DNA of 64,000 bases from an uncultured Pseudomonadales bacterium (GCA_964618725.1 CAZUBK010000005.1:11569-75568), one strand, 5' to 3'. Numbered from the stretch's first letter, positions 21,088 through 33,450 are shown. A program made the numbers and translations. Notes: generated by a model from the sequence alone, not told the origin.

Positions 21088-22146
21088 CTAAGCCCTTTTA
21101 ATTAAGCGGATAAGATCGGCCGGGTGCAAACTATGTTCCCTAGCTTTCTCAACATCTATCACTCCCTGATTAACCCAATACGCCAGAGACGACTCAAGTG
21201 ACATCATTCCCATTTCCGAAGAAGTCTGAATCACGCTATCAATCTGGTGCGTTTTACCTTCCCGAACCAATGTCCGAATCGCCGGGGTCGCCACCAAGAT
21301 CTCTGCCGCCGGCACTCGACCACCATTGATTGCCGGTACCAACCTTAATGAGACAATCCCCTCTAACGCATTGGCTAATTGCAACCTCACTTGTGCCTGC
21401 TGTTCTTCCCCAAAGCTATCCACTATACGATCAATCGTTTGAGCGGCACTATTAGTGTGAAGCGTGCTAAAAACCAAATGTCCCGTCTCTGCCACTGTTA
21501 GCGCCGACTGCATCGTTATCGGATCCCGCATCTCTCCTACTAATACCACATCCGGATCCTCACGAAGTACCGCTCTCAATGCCGCCTCCCAACTGAGAGT
21601 GTCAGATCCTAACTCCCGCTGAGAAAAAATCGATTTCTTGTTTGCAAATACAAATTCCACCGGATCCTCAATGGTCACAATATGCGTCGTCCTCGTCTCA
21701 TTGATTTCCCCCAGAGTCGCCGCAATTGCTGATGTCTTTCCTTGTCCAGTCGGACCGGTAAACAAAATAAACCCCTGCCTCAATGTCGCAAACTTATGAC
21801 AGATCTTCGGTAGACGAAGCTCTTCAATGGTGGGTATCTTTTCCTGAATCGTCCTCAGATCAAGTCCCACCGTCTGTTTTTGAAAATAGGCATTTGCTCT
21901 AAATCGTCCCACTCCAGGCAAAGCAATGGAAAAATCTAACTCTTTCGTCCTCAGCAGGATATCCTTTTGTTCCGGTCGCAGAATCCCCCAAATCAAGGCC
22001 TGGGCCATATTTCCATCCAGAACAGGTAGATTAGGTACTGCCCGCAGTTGACCATCAACTCTAACCGTCGGTGCCACCCCCGCCACAATGTGTAGATCCG
22101 AAGCTTTCATCTCAAACGTCAGCTTCATTAGTTCCACCAAAGTCAT
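21088..22146 (-). CDS. pilT: twitching-motility retraction ATPase PilT
   Basis: The 352-aa ORF has Walker A (GPTGQGKTS), Asp box and His box, with PilT-like length. Confidence 0.85.
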   Translation of the reverse strand: MTLVELMKLTFEMKASDLHIVAGVAPTVRVDGQLRAVPNLPVLDGNMAQALIWGILRPEQKDILLRTKELDFSIALPGVGRFRANAYFQKQTVGLDLRTIQEKIPTIEELRLPKICHKFATLRQGFILFTGPTGQGKTSAIAATLGEINETRTTHIVTIEDPVEFVFANKKSIFSQRELGSDTLSWEAALRAVLREDPDVVLVGEMRDPITMQSALTVAETGHLVFSTLHTNSAAQTIDRIVDSFGEEQQAQVRLQLANALEGIVSLRLVPAINGGRVPAAEILVATPAIRTLVREGKTHQIDSVIQTSSEMGMMSLESSLAYWVNQGVIDVEKAREHSLHPADLIRLIKRA

Positions 22147-22165
22147 TTTAAATCCTAATTTCTAA

Positions 22166-24001
22166 TCATGATTCTCCTTCGCCCACCTGCGCCACTCTTA
22201 GTACTTCATCAAGCGTCGTAATCCCCTCCAATGTTTTAATGTAACCGTCCTGTTTCATCAACACCATTCCCTCGGTAACCGCCTGTTTCTCGATTTCCGA
22301 CGCCGCCGCCCGTTCCATAATCAACCGTCCAATTTTTGAACTTACCGACATCACTTCATAGATTCCAATTCTACCTTTATAACCACTTCCTCCACACTCT
22401 TTACAAGACCCACCCCGTCCTCTGAAAAGAAGTATTTCTACATTCTGCTTCGCTGCCATTTCCACCAACTCCGGCCGACTCGCTTTCCAAGCCTCATACA
22501 AGGCCCCCAAGACACTCTTGATATCTTCAATAACGCTTACCTCAGGCAAATAAGTTTCTTTACAAACCGTACAGATCTTTCTTACCACACGTTGAGCCAT
22601 CACCGCCGTAATTGAAGATGCTAACAAATAGGGTTCCGCCTTCATATCTAGTAGCCTCGGTAGTGCCCCAGCTGCACTATTTGTGTGTAGGGTAGAGAAG
22701 ACCAGGTGTCCCGTCAATGCCGCTTGAACCGCCAAATCGGCCGTCTCTTCGTCACGAATCTCTCCCACCATAATGATATTTGGATCTTGGCGCAAAAAGC
22801 TTCTCAGACCAGTCGCAAAGGTTAGTCCTGCCTGAGGGTTAATTTGTACTTGATTCACTCCCTCTAATTGATACTCAACCGGATCCTCAAGCGTTACGAT
22901 GTTTACCCGAGTCGTATTGGCTACTGTCAACACTGAATACAAGGTTGTTGTCTTTCCCGATCCAGTCGGCCCCGTCACCAAAACGATTCCGTGTGGTACT
23001 AAAATTGCCTCCTGGAAAATAGCCAAGGCCTTGCCCCTAAGTCCTAATTCCGCCAATGATGGTGCTTTCTGTGCCTTGGGAAGTAACCGCATCACAATCT
23101 TCTCACCATTTACTGTCGGCAAGGAAGAAACGCGCAAATCGACTTCTATTTCTCCCACCACAAAATTAAACCGCCCATCCTGAGGAAGTCGTTTCTCATC
23201 TATCTTCATCCCCGACAAAATCTTAATTCTACTGACCACCGCTTCATGAACTGTTTTAGGCAAAACCAATTTCTCCTGCAAAATACCATCAATTCGATAT
23301 CTTATCCTCGTTCGCATTTCTTGTGGCTCAATATGAACATCAGACGCTCTAGCTTTAATGGCAAACTCTAAAATTGTGCTCACGATCTTAGCCACCGGCG
23401 CTTCTTTAATCACTTCTCCCAAACTTTTACTGTCCAAAGTTTTCACTCCGCCAGTTATCACCCCACCTTCTCTAAGCGCTTCGGTTACTTCCCCAGACAA
23501 ACTCTCGGTATATCGTTGATCGATTACTGAACGCAAGTCAGTTGGCGCCGCCGTAAATGGCTTAACCTTCATTTGTGACTTAGTCTCCACGAAATCGGTT
23601 ACCGTCAAGTCCGCCGGATTGGCCATCGCCACCGACAAAATCTTATTTACCTTATCTACCGCAAAGGGTAGTACCTGGTAACGTTTAGCCACTGGTTCGG
23701 GAATCAAACCGATTGCTTCTGGCGAAACTCCTGCTTGATTAACATCAATAAAAGGAATCCCCATCACCTCGGCTTTGGCCTCATAAATTATCGACTCGAG
23801 AGCATAGTTGTGTTCAAGGATGACCTGTTCAACCGCCACTCCTCGGTTAATAGCCTCAAGTCTCGCCTTGTCATACTGTTCCTTACTAATCTTGCCATCC
23901 AAGAGTAAAATCCCTTCCACAGTGTCCCGAGTCAACAGAGTACCATTCGTTGGCGGTGTTTGGGTGTTCGCATTGGTGGCCATAGGGGCAGACTGGTCCA
24001 T
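22166..24001 (-). CDS. pilB: type IV pilus assembly ATPase PilB (GspE family)
   Basis: The 611-aa ORF has an N-terminal GSPII_E_N domain, Walker A (GPTGSGKTT), a tetracysteine motif (CTVCK...CKECGGSGY) and a His box. Confidence 0.85.
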   Translation of the reverse strand: MDQSAPMATNANTQTPPTNGTLLTRDTVEGILLLDGKISKEQYDKARLEAINRGVAVEQVILEHNYALESIIYEAKAEVMGIPFIDVNQAGVSPEAIGLIPEPVAKRYQVLPFAVDKVNKILSVAMANPADLTVTDFVETKSQMKVKPFTAAPTDLRSVIDQRYTESLSGEVTEALREGGVITGGVKTLDSKSLGEVIKEAPVAKIVSTILEFAIKARASDVHIEPQEMRTRIRYRIDGILQEKLVLPKTVHEAVVSRIKILSGMKIDEKRLPQDGRFNFVVGEIEVDLRVSSLPTVNGEKIVMRLLPKAQKAPSLAELGLRGKALAIFQEAILVPHGIVLVTGPTGSGKTTTLYSVLTVANTTRVNIVTLEDPVEYQLEGVNQVQINPQAGLTFATGLRSFLRQDPNIIMVGEIRDEETADLAVQAALTGHLVFSTLHTNSAAGALPRLLDMKAEPYLLASSITAVMAQRVVRKICTVCKETYLPEVSVIEDIKSVLGALYEAWKASRPELVEMAAKQNVEILLFRGRGGSCKECGGSGYKGRIGIYEVMSVSSKIGRLIMERAAASEIEKQAVTEGMVLMKQDGYIKTLEGITTLDEVLRVAQVGEGES

Positions 24002-24046
24002 ACAACGAGTCTAGCAAATACGAACAAATGAGTATACTGGGCTCTA

Positions 24047-24679
24047 ATGCTTACCCTTCTTATTACCGGTGCCAACCCCAAAGACAGAATTAACCTGGCT
24101 TTAAACCATCAACCCAATTCTCCTCACATCCTCGATGGCAGTATTGATCCTATCACCATCGAACAAGTTCGCCTCTTCCAGAAAGATCTGGCTCTCAGTC
24201 ACACCGACAGTACTACTCGCTTCGCCTTCATTCTTGAAGCTCAGAGTCTCACTCTTCCCTCTCAGCAAGCCCTCCTCAAGATCCTCGAAGAACCCCCCAC
24301 TAATACTCAATTCATTCTTACCTCATCTAAAGCCAGTTGCCTACTGCCTACGATTGTCTCTCGGTGCCAAGTCAGACGCTTAAACATGCTAACTAATCTT
24401 GGCGAAACGGAGATAAACATCACCAAGGATATTCTGAGGCAAGTAAACACCCTTCCCCATGCATCACTTGTTACTCTCGCCGAGAGTCTAGTTAAAAATC
24501 AGGATCAACTGACCAACCTTCTCCTACTTCTCAAACAATCACTTCACGACCACCCCACTCCAAAAAGAGCCATCGCCCTCAAACTTATCAACACCTGTCT
24601 CTTGGACCTCACTACCAATATTCAACCCCAACTCGCGATAGAGAATCTTCTTTTCCATCTCAAAGCACTCACTCACTGA
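24047..24679 (+). CDS. holB: DNA polymerase III delta-prime subunit-like (short clamp-loader subunit)
   Basis: The 210-aa ORF has ALLKILEEPP and TIVSRCQ motifs (sensor-1 and SRC). It has no Walker A and is much shorter than classical HolB. Confidence 0.5.
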   Translation: MLTLLITGANPKDRINLALNHQPNSPHILDGSIDPITIEQVRLFQKDLALSHTDSTTRFAFILEAQSLTLPSQQALLKILEEPPTNTQFILTSSKASCLLPTIVSRCQVRRLNMLTNLGETEINITKDILRQVNTLPHASLVTLAESLVKNQDQLTNLLLLLKQSLHDHPTPKRAIALKLINTCLLDLTTNIQPQLAIENLLFHLKALTH

Positions 24680-24718
24680 ACACCAACCTCCCAAAGGTAA
24701 GAACTCTCCAAAATACTG

Positions 24719-26729
<2,011 letters not shown>

Positions 26730-26756
26730 CAACCTATACTAATTAACACCACAAAA

Positions 26757-27686
26757 ATGAAACACTACATAATCGGTCATCAAAAACCAGACGCCGACTC
26801 CACCATCGCCGCCATTTCCTTAACTGATTACTTCCATCAAGTAGGAGATGATACCGCCACCGCTGTCATTTGTGATCCAATCAACCCTGAAACTACTTTT
26901 ATTTTCCAAAAGTTCAGTGTCTCTACTCCTCCACCTCTCATCGCAAATCAGATTGCCACGGAGGACCGAATCGTCTTAGTCGATCATAACGAAGAAGACC
27001 AGCGACTACCAAATATAAATCCCGATCAGATCACTGGCATTGTTGACCACCATAAGGCAAATATTAACTTTAGTCATCCCATTACTATCGATATCAAACC
27101 CTGGGGCTCCACCAACACCATCATTTATTTCAAGTTCAAAAACAAAAATCTTCAAGTGGATCAGAAACTCGCATCTCTCATGCTTTGTGCCATCCTCTCT
27201 GATACTGTTGGTCTCAAGTCATCCACTACAACTGAAAAAGATAAACAAGCAGTTACCGAATTAGCCACCTTGGCGGGCATTAATGATATCGATAATCTGA
27301 CTTTAGAAATCTTCAAAGCTAAGTCAAATATTTCTTCACTTACCCCTGAGCAAATCGTCGAAAATGACTATAAAATCTTTGATTTTGCTAGGAAAACCTT
27401 CATCGGCCAACTCGAGACTGTCGAACAAGATGAGGTACTTAACCGGAAAAAAGAACTTCTAGAGGCCATGCAAGAGATTAAGCAGCAACAGGGAGTACAG
27501 CTTCTTTTCTTAGCGATTACTGATATCTTAAAAATAAATACCAAGCTTCTTATTCTCGGCAACGAGGAAAAAGGTATTGCGCAAAAAGCCTTTAGCGGCA
27601 TTGCTACAGACAACGTTCTCGATATCGGAGCCAAACTCTCACGCAAAAAAGATATTGCCCCCCCCATTGAAGAAGCATTGAAATAA
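26757..27686 (+). CDS. DHH-family phosphoesterase (family II inorganic pyrophosphatase-like)
   Basis: The 309-aa ORF has motifs [15 protein letters not shown] and GIVDHH, the DHH N-terminal signature. The C-terminal DHHA2 match is weaker. Confidence 0.5.
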   Translation: MKHYIIGHQKPDADSTIAAISLTDYFHQVGDDTATAVICDPINPETTFIFQKFSVSTPPPLIANQIATEDRIVLVDHNEEDQRLPNINPDQITGIVDHHKANINFSHPITIDIKPWGSTNTIIYFKFKNKNLQVDQKLASLMLCAILSDTVGLKSSTTTEKDKQAVTELATLAGINDIDNLTLEIFKAKSNISSLTPEQIVENDYKIFDFARKTFIGQLETVEQDEVLNRKKELLEAMQEIKQQQGVQLLFLAITDILKINTKLLILGNEEKGIAQKAFSGIATDNVLDIGAKLSRKKDIAPPIEEALK

Positions 27687-27687
27687 T

Positions 27688-30369
27688 ATGGACGAAGATC
27701 AAAACAAACTACCAGATACACAAGACGCCACAACAGAAGCAGCTTCTGAAATGGGGGAGTTGGCTCCTGTTCTGAAAGTCGGAGAAGACTTCCAAAGCGA
27801 GTTTGGTATTATCCGCCCCGTCAACATCGTAGAAGAAGTCGAGAAATCATATTTGGATTACGCCATGAGCGTCATCGTCTCCCGCGCCCTTCCCGATGTC
27901 CGCGACGGCCTAAAGCCCGTTCACCGCCGCATCCTTTATGCTATGCATGAAGCCGGCATCATTCACAGTGCACCAACTAAAAAGTCTGCCCGCGTCGTCG
28001 GAGACGTTATGGGTAAGTATCACCCACACGGCGATGCTCCCGTCTATGATGCCCTCGTTCGTCTCGCCCAAAGCTTCTCTATGCGTTATCCCCTCATCGA
28101 CGGCCAAGGTAACTTCGGCAGTATCGACGGTGATCCTCCCGCCGCCATGCGTTACACCGAAGCCCGTCTTAGCAAAATCGCCGCCGAGCTCTTAAGCGAT
28201 CTCGACAAAGAAACCGTCGAATTCGCCGACAACTTCGACGCCTCACTTAAAGAACCAACCGTTTTACCCGCCATGTTACCAAACCTCCTTCTCATGGGTT
28301 CCGATGGTATCGCCGTTGGCATGGCAACTAAGATGCCTCCTCATAATCTAAAAGAAGTCACCGCCGCCCTCGTTGAGCTGATTCAAAAAGGCAGCTCTCC
28401 CATTAATGAGGAACTAAAGGGGCTTCTCAAGGATCCAGAAACCGATGATCCCAAAATTCTCGTCGGCGAATTTGAGTCCACGGCTACACTTGAAGACCTT
28501 CTGACCCATATTAAAGGACCCGATTTCCCCACCGGAGCCGAGATCTTCGACAAGAACGCCATCAAAGAAATGTACGCCACTGGCAAGGGCAAGATCATGA
28601 TCCGCGCCGTCACTGAAATCATTGAACATAAAAGCCGCTTTGCCATCAGAGTCACCCAATTGCCTTACCAAGTAAACAAAGCCAATCTCATTGCCAAGAT
28701 TGCCGATCTCCACCGCCAGAAAAAAATCGAAGGCATCTCTGACCTCCGCGATGAATCCGACCGTCAAGGGCTAACCATCATGATTGAGCTCAAAAAAGAC
28801 GCTCGCCCCCAGCAAGTCCTCAATAATCTCTTTAAGCATACCGATCTTCAGACTTCATTCCCCGCCAATTTCGTTGCCCTTGATCCCACTCTTACTCCAC
28901 GACTTATGACCCTCAAGCAAATTGCCAACGAATATGTCAAACACCGCCAACTCGTCGTTGTCCGAAGAAGCCAATACGAGCTTAAGGCGGCTAAAGCCCG
29001 CGCCCATATTCTACAAGGTCTACTTAAGGCTCTTGACATCATTGATGAAGTCATCGACACCATCAGAAAGAGCCAGAGCACCGACGATGCCAAAAAGAAC
29101 TTAGTCAGCAAGTTTGGCTTCAGCGAAATCCAGGCTCAAGCTATCCTTGACATGCAGTTACGCAAACTCGCTGCCCTTGAACGTCAAAAAATCCAGGATG
29201 AATACAACGAGTTAATGAAACGAATTGACTTCCTCATTGCCCTCATTAATAACACCGGCAAGATCCTCAATACCATCATTGAAGAACTCAAACTCCTCGC
29301 CGAAAAATATGGTGACAACCGTCGTACCAAAGTCCATCCCAATGCCATCGGCGAATTCAGCGAAGAAGAACTAATCACCGCTGAAGAAACCATTGTCACC
29401 CTAACCAAAACCGGCTATATCAAGCGCATGCCACCCTCTACCTTCCGTTCTCAACGCCGCGGTGGCAAGGGCGTCTCAGGTATGAGTAAAAAGGACGAGG
29501 ACGAAATATACCTTCTCACCTCTGCCAATACCCATGATAATCTTCTCGTCTTCACTAGTAAGGGTAAGGTTTTCAAACTTCGTGTCTGGGAACTCCCTGA
29601 AGGCAGCCGTACCAGCAAAGGTCAGGCGATTATCAATCTTCTTAACATCGAACAAGGCGAGACAATCAGAGCTCTACTACCTCTTCCCGACAAACTAGAA
29701 AAGATTAAGGACGAATACTTCTTCTTCACGTCCAAAAAAGGACTAGTTAAACGAACCAAAGTCTCCGACTTCGCCAACATAAAGAGTAACGGTCTTATTG
29801 CCATTAAGTTAGCCTCCGGCGACGAACTCGTCTGGACCAATCAGACCGGGGGAGTAGACCATATCCTCTTAGTCACCCACGAAGGTAAAAGTATTCACTT
29901 CCCCGAGACCGACGTCCGTCCCACTGGTCGTGACACCATGGGAGTCAGGGGGATCATGCTGACTAGAGAAGACTTCGTTATTACCATGGAGTGCTTCTCT
30001 CCACACGTTGAAACACCCGCCGACAAGAGAAAGAAGTTCTTCCGTAATATCCTTGTCATCACCCAGAAAGGCCTCGGCAAGCGCACCCCCCTCGATGAAT
30101 ACCCAGTCCAGAAACGTGGCGGTCAAGGTGTCAAAGTCTCCGAGACGACTGATAAAACCGGTAAAATAGCCGCCGCCCTTCTTGTCAACCAAAATACCGA
30201 TGAAATCATCATCACTACCAAACAAGCCCAAGCCATCAAGTTACCAGTCAAAAACATCCCCATCCTTAAACGACCTACCCAAGGCGTTATTTTAATGCGC
30301 TTTGCCAAGCCAAGCGACATCGTCACCGCTGTAGCAGCCCTCGACAAGGAAGAGGAGGAGAGAAAGTGA
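27688..30369 (+). CDS. gyrA: DNA gyrase subunit A
   Basis: The 893-aa ORF has the active-site Tyr region ([10 protein letters not shown]), a QRDR-like segment ([17 protein letters not shown]) and C-terminal beta-pinwheel repeats. Confidence 0.9.
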   Translation: MDEDQNKLPDTQDATTEAASEMGELAPVLKVGEDFQSEFGIIRPVNIVEEVEKSYLDYAMSVIVSRALPDVRDGLKPVHRRILYAMHEAGIIHSAPTKKSARVVGDVMGKYHPHGDAPVYDALVRLAQSFSMRYPLIDGQGNFGSIDGDPPAAMRYTEARLSKIAAELLSDLDKETVEFADNFDASLKEPTVLPAMLPNLLLMGSDGIAVGMATKMPPHNLKEVTAALVELIQKGSSPINEELKGLLKDPETDDPKILVGEFESTATLEDLLTHIKGPDFPTGAEIFDKNAIKEMYATGKGKIMIRAVTEIIEHKSRFAIRVTQLPYQVNKANLIAKIADLHRQKKIEGISDLRDESDRQGLTIMIELKKDARPQQVLNNLFKHTDLQTSFPANFVALDPTLTPRLMTLKQIANEYVKHRQLVVVRRSQYELKAAKARAHILQGLLKALDIIDEVIDTIRKSQSTDDAKKNLVSKFGFSEIQAQAILDMQLRKLAALERQKIQDEYNELMKRIDFLIALINNTGKILNTIIEELKLLAEKYGDNRRTKVHPNAIGEFSEEELITAEETIVTLTKTGYIKRMPPSTFRSQRRGGKGVSGMSKKDEDEIYLLTSANTHDNLLVFTSKGKVFKLRVWELPEGSRTSKGQAIINLLNIEQGETIRALLPLPDKLEKIKDEYFFFTSKKGLVKRTKVSDFANIKSNGLIAIKLASGDELVWTNQTGGVDHILLVTHEGKSIHFPETDVRPTGRDTMGVRGIMLTREDFVITMECFSPHVETPADKRKKFFRNILVITQKGLGKRTPLDEYPVQKRGGQGVKVSETTDKTGKIAAALLVNQNTDEIIITTKQAQAIKLPVKNIPILKRPTQGVILMRFAKPSDIVTAVAALDKEEEERK

Positions 30370-30391
30370 TCTTAAGGCCTCAATGTGCTTG

Positions 30392-30420
30392 ACAGAATAA
30401 ATCCCATAAGATATAATTGG
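30392..30420 (+). promoter_or_regulatory. exact consensus sigma70 promoter TTGACA-17-TATAAT
   Basis: Read directly: ttgaca gaataaatcccataaga tataat, with AAGGAG and an ATG 30 nt downstream. Confidence 0.5.
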
Positions 30421-30451
30421 CTCAAATTGCACAACCACATAAGGAGACCGA

Positions 30452-30607
30452 ATGAGCGACCAACCTCAAGATCTTCCCGAGCTCTCATCAAAAACCCATC
30501 CATTTATGCACTACATCCGACATCGCCTCCCAGTCTGTCTTTATTTGTCTAGGAACATTATCTCCCGATTCCATGATTACCTTCAATTCACCATAGTTTT
30601 GTTGTAA
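30452..30607 (+). CDS. hypothetical 51-aa ORF, antisense to the 3' end of the convergent hypothetical gene
   Basis: AAGGAG sits 5 nt before ATG 30452. The ORF (MSDQPQDLPELSSKTHPFMHYIRHRLPVCLYLSRNIISRFHDYLQFTIVLL) follows the consensus promoter. Whether it is a protein or only an antisense RNA cannot be decided from sequence. Confidence 0.25.
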   Translation: MSDQPQDLPELSSKTHPFMHYIRHRLPVCLYLSRNIISRFHDYLQFTIVLL

Positions 30608-31429
30608 GTATCTTATTGTCATGTACAACATCGCTCTGGCTGGATCACTTAAGACAGAAGGTGTCTCTCCCTCTATCTCACCCAAACCTTCTTCAGCATC
30701 TAAAATGAATTCCTCCTCACCCTTATCTGAATAGACCACCACATTTTCAATCCACAACTCTATCGGCAATACCTCTCGCTCCTGGCTTTTCCAAATGAAT
30801 CCTTCAAGGATAGCTTCCTCTCCATCCGGCAGACTCAAATCGACGTAAACATATCCCGCCCCTTTTTCCATCCAGTCAGTTGGCAGATCAATATTGATCT
30901 TTAAACCACCTGCCAAATCAGCTTTTCCCGTATCATAGAACTGATCCATTTTGCTCTCACCCACACTCTTCTTTATATTCTCTATCTCTTTGTCTTCACC
31001 ATTAATTGGATCAGACCCGCCGATTATTATCTGTGAGTAACCCATTTCAAGGAGTAACCAAGCCGTCATATGAAGAGCATCCATGTGGTAATCCTCAGCC
31101 TTGACTCCTATCTTGGTATCTCGATATTTCCATTCTTGAACAAAATCTCCTTTTTCATCGTAAACCATGGCGTCTGTACCAGCCACATCACCTAGTTGAA
31201 TCCTCGCCGTAATTGCTCCAGTCTTGTCAACTGAGACAATCTCCACCATTGTTTTAAATCTCGACAACTCTCTCCCAGATCTTTCGTCTTTAAGGACCAA
31301 AACAAAATCAGAATCGACCACATGTTCTCGACATTTATACAAACCCTCCACTCTCATCCCGTCCCATTTTCCCGTCATGCAAGTCACATATCGTAAAATC
31401 CCTTCAGCTGTTCTTTCCCATTCTTTCAT
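30488..31429 (-). CDS. hypothetical cytoplasmic protein (313 aa), adjacent to integrase
   Basis: A long acidic ORF with no recognisable motifs. Confidence 0.5.
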   Translation of the reverse strand: MKEWERTAEGILRYVTCMTGKWDGMRVEGLYKCREHVVDSDFVLVLKDERSGRELSRFKTMVEIVSVDKTGAITARIQLGDVAGTDAMVYDEKGDFVQEWKYRDTKIGVKAEDYHMDALHMTAWLLLEMGYSQIIIGGSDPINGEDKEIENIKKSVGESKMDQFYDTGKADLAGGLKINIDLPTDWMEKGAGYVYVDLSLPDGEEAILEGFIWKSQEREVLPIELWIENVVVYSDKGEEEFILDAEEGLGEIEGETPSVLSDPARAMLYMTIRYLQQNYGELKVIMESGDNVPRQIKTDWEAMSDVVHKWMGF

Positions 31430-31665
31430 TTGCCGTTAACTTACACCCAAAGCTCTCCTCTGTAAAGTAGGGGAGAGTCAAACAATTTAGCCTCAAATAC
31501 CCCATAGAAATTCTATTTACCAAAATCTCGTGCTTAATCAAAAATAATCAAAAAGATATCTATCACGATTACAAACTGCCACCCAAAGACAATCAAAAAG
31601 CAAGTTACCACCCTCATTCTGGAGTAGACGCACAAAACCCGAAGTAGAGTAGAGAAGCCTTTTTT

Positions 31666-32670
31666 TCATCCATGGAACTTCTCATGAACTTTCTTTAGTT
31701 GCGGATTCGTCAAGTGCGTATACACCTGAGTTGTACTCACATTCTTATGCCCCAAAAACTCCTGTACCGAACGTAGATCGGCCCCATTTTGCAGTAACCC
31801 TGTGGCAAAAGAATGTCGTAATACGTGCGGACTGACTCGAATCGGTAGCCCAGCCCTTTTGGAATACTTGTTAACCAGATGCTGTACCGCCCTCACCGAC
31901 AATCTCATACTCTCTCCGCTCGTTACCACCCGATTACTCTCTCTCACCCGGTACTTGATCCACAAGGGTTTCCAGGTATCTTCTCGGCTGTCTAGATACC
32001 GCCTTAACCATTCCGCCGCCCGCTGACTCAAGAATACTACTCTAATCTTTCTTCCCTTCCCCACCACACTAAATTCCCTCGTTTTGAAATCAATGTCTTC
32101 CACATCTAGTTTAACCAACTCACTTACTCGAAGTCCCGTGCTAAACAATACCTCCAGAATGGCTTTATCTCTAAGCCCTTCTGGCTTAGAGATAATTGGC
32201 ATTGATAAAAGCCTCTCCACCTGTTCTCGACTCAAGAAACGGATCCTCCGACTCTCACCTTTTGGTAAATCTATTTTCTCGGCACTGAGTGTCTTTACTC
32301 CCTTTCTATTTAAGTACTTCAAAAATGCCCGAAGTGAGATAATGTAATAGCTTTGAGTTGTCCGTGACAATGTCTGACCTTTCTCGTCGGCAAAACGACT
32401 CAAAAACAACCTATATCCCCGAACCATCTCACTCGTTAGCCGCTGGATATACTCCTGACCATAGTTCTTCTCGAACCACCTACGGAACCTTCCTAAATAA
32501 AACCCATAGTTACGAATTGTATATTTAGAGTAGTTTTTCTCCACTTCAAGGAATGACAGATATCTCTTGATCAGCCTTTCCAAACTCAAATCCTCAATAT
32601 TTTTTTTAGTCACAAGCTCTTCTTTTTCCTGCCTCCCTAGCCAGGGTAGGGGAGAGAGACAAAAAAACAA
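31666..32670 (-). CDS. tyrosine site-specific recombinase/integrase (XerC/XerD-like)
   Basis: The C-terminal catalytic motifs are HVLRHSFATGLL...GHKNVSTTQVYTHL (R..H-x-x-R..Y) with an N-terminal SAM-like domain. The true start may be GTG at 32613, where a weak RBS is present. Confidence 0.85.
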   Translation of the reverse strand: MFFCLSPLPWLGRQEKEELVTKKNIEDLSLERLIKRYLSFLEVEKNYSKYTIRNYGFYLGRFRRWFEKNYGQEYIQRLTSEMVRGYRLFLSRFADEKGQTLSRTTQSYYIISLRAFLKYLNRKGVKTLSAEKIDLPKGESRRIRFLSREQVERLLSMPIISKPEGLRDKAILEVLFSTGLRVSELVKLDVEDIDFKTREFSVVGKGRKIRVVFLSQRAAEWLRRYLDSREDTWKPLWIKYRVRESNRVVTSGESMRLSVRAVQHLVNKYSKRAGLPIRVSPHVLRHSFATGLLQNGADLRSVQEFLGHKNVSTTQVYTHLTNPQLKKVHEKFHG

Positions 32671-32997
32671 AAAATCTAGTCTAATTATTATCTAATCTAC
32701 CTTCATACAATCACTAGTCCCAAAACATGTCAACTTTGTGCGACACACTCTTTGACTTTGGGTCTCTCTCTAAAAGGAAAACGACTTACTTGGGTATATT
32801 TCATGGTCAAGATCAAGACCCCACGATGCCCCTAGAAAGCTTTTTGAGCCATCTCAAGCTATGTTGGGGAGTCCTAAGAGATAAATCTGGGTACATCAAG
32901 CCAAAGGGGGAGTAACCACATCTTCGGGTTAATGTACAAAAGCCATCAGAAACAACAAGACAGGAAGATGCCCAAAGAAACGAAGAGAATACGTCGG

Positions 32998-33031
32998 CCC
33001 GAAAAGACCGAAAACTTTTCGGGTTTCTATT
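32998..33031 (+). terminator. intrinsic terminator-like hairpin (9-bp stem cccgaaaag/cttttcggg) followed by a T-run
   Basis: Read directly. No annotated plus-strand gene lies upstream. Confidence 0.45.
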
Positions 33032-33450
33032 CAACTCAACCGTGAACGATATCTAGTGGTCTTCTCCACCACCACGTATTTTGTATTGCGTACAATATCT
33101 CTTTTACGACATAAAAAGTATCATTCATCCCACCGGCCACGGTAGAGTAGGGCGCTTGTCTCTTAGCCATAAATATCAGATAGCTACTTAGACCTCGTTT
33201 TTCTCTTCCAAATTAATTAATTCATTTCTATACTCTAGGTCTTGAGACCATATCAATCAGTATCATTGTTTCATCTATCAAGAAGCATCTCTTCTCTCCC
33301 CTGGACAGATCTAGCTACATTTCCTCCTTTACAGCCTCGGTCCGGCCTCAATCAAACAGTGTCAATCACCCCAATGACCAATTTCGTGAAAACTTTGCCT
33401 TTTCTGTGAAAATTGCGCCACTTCTCTACTCTGGGTCATAGATCCTGCTC

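Noticed and set aside
22899-24014. Plus-strand ORFs inside pilB and pilT, and similar 60-140 aa ORFs antisense to gyrA, gyrB, PBP, recG and dnaB
   Set aside because: They are embedded in long motif-bearing genes on the opposite strand or in other frames. No independent evidence supports them.
32671-33450. Looked for a tRNA or tmRNA gene as integrase target next to the recombinase
   Set aside because: No GGTTCGA-type T-loop, acceptor-CCA context or tmRNA tag-reading frame was recognisable by eye. This cannot be excluded without tRNAscan/ARAGORN.
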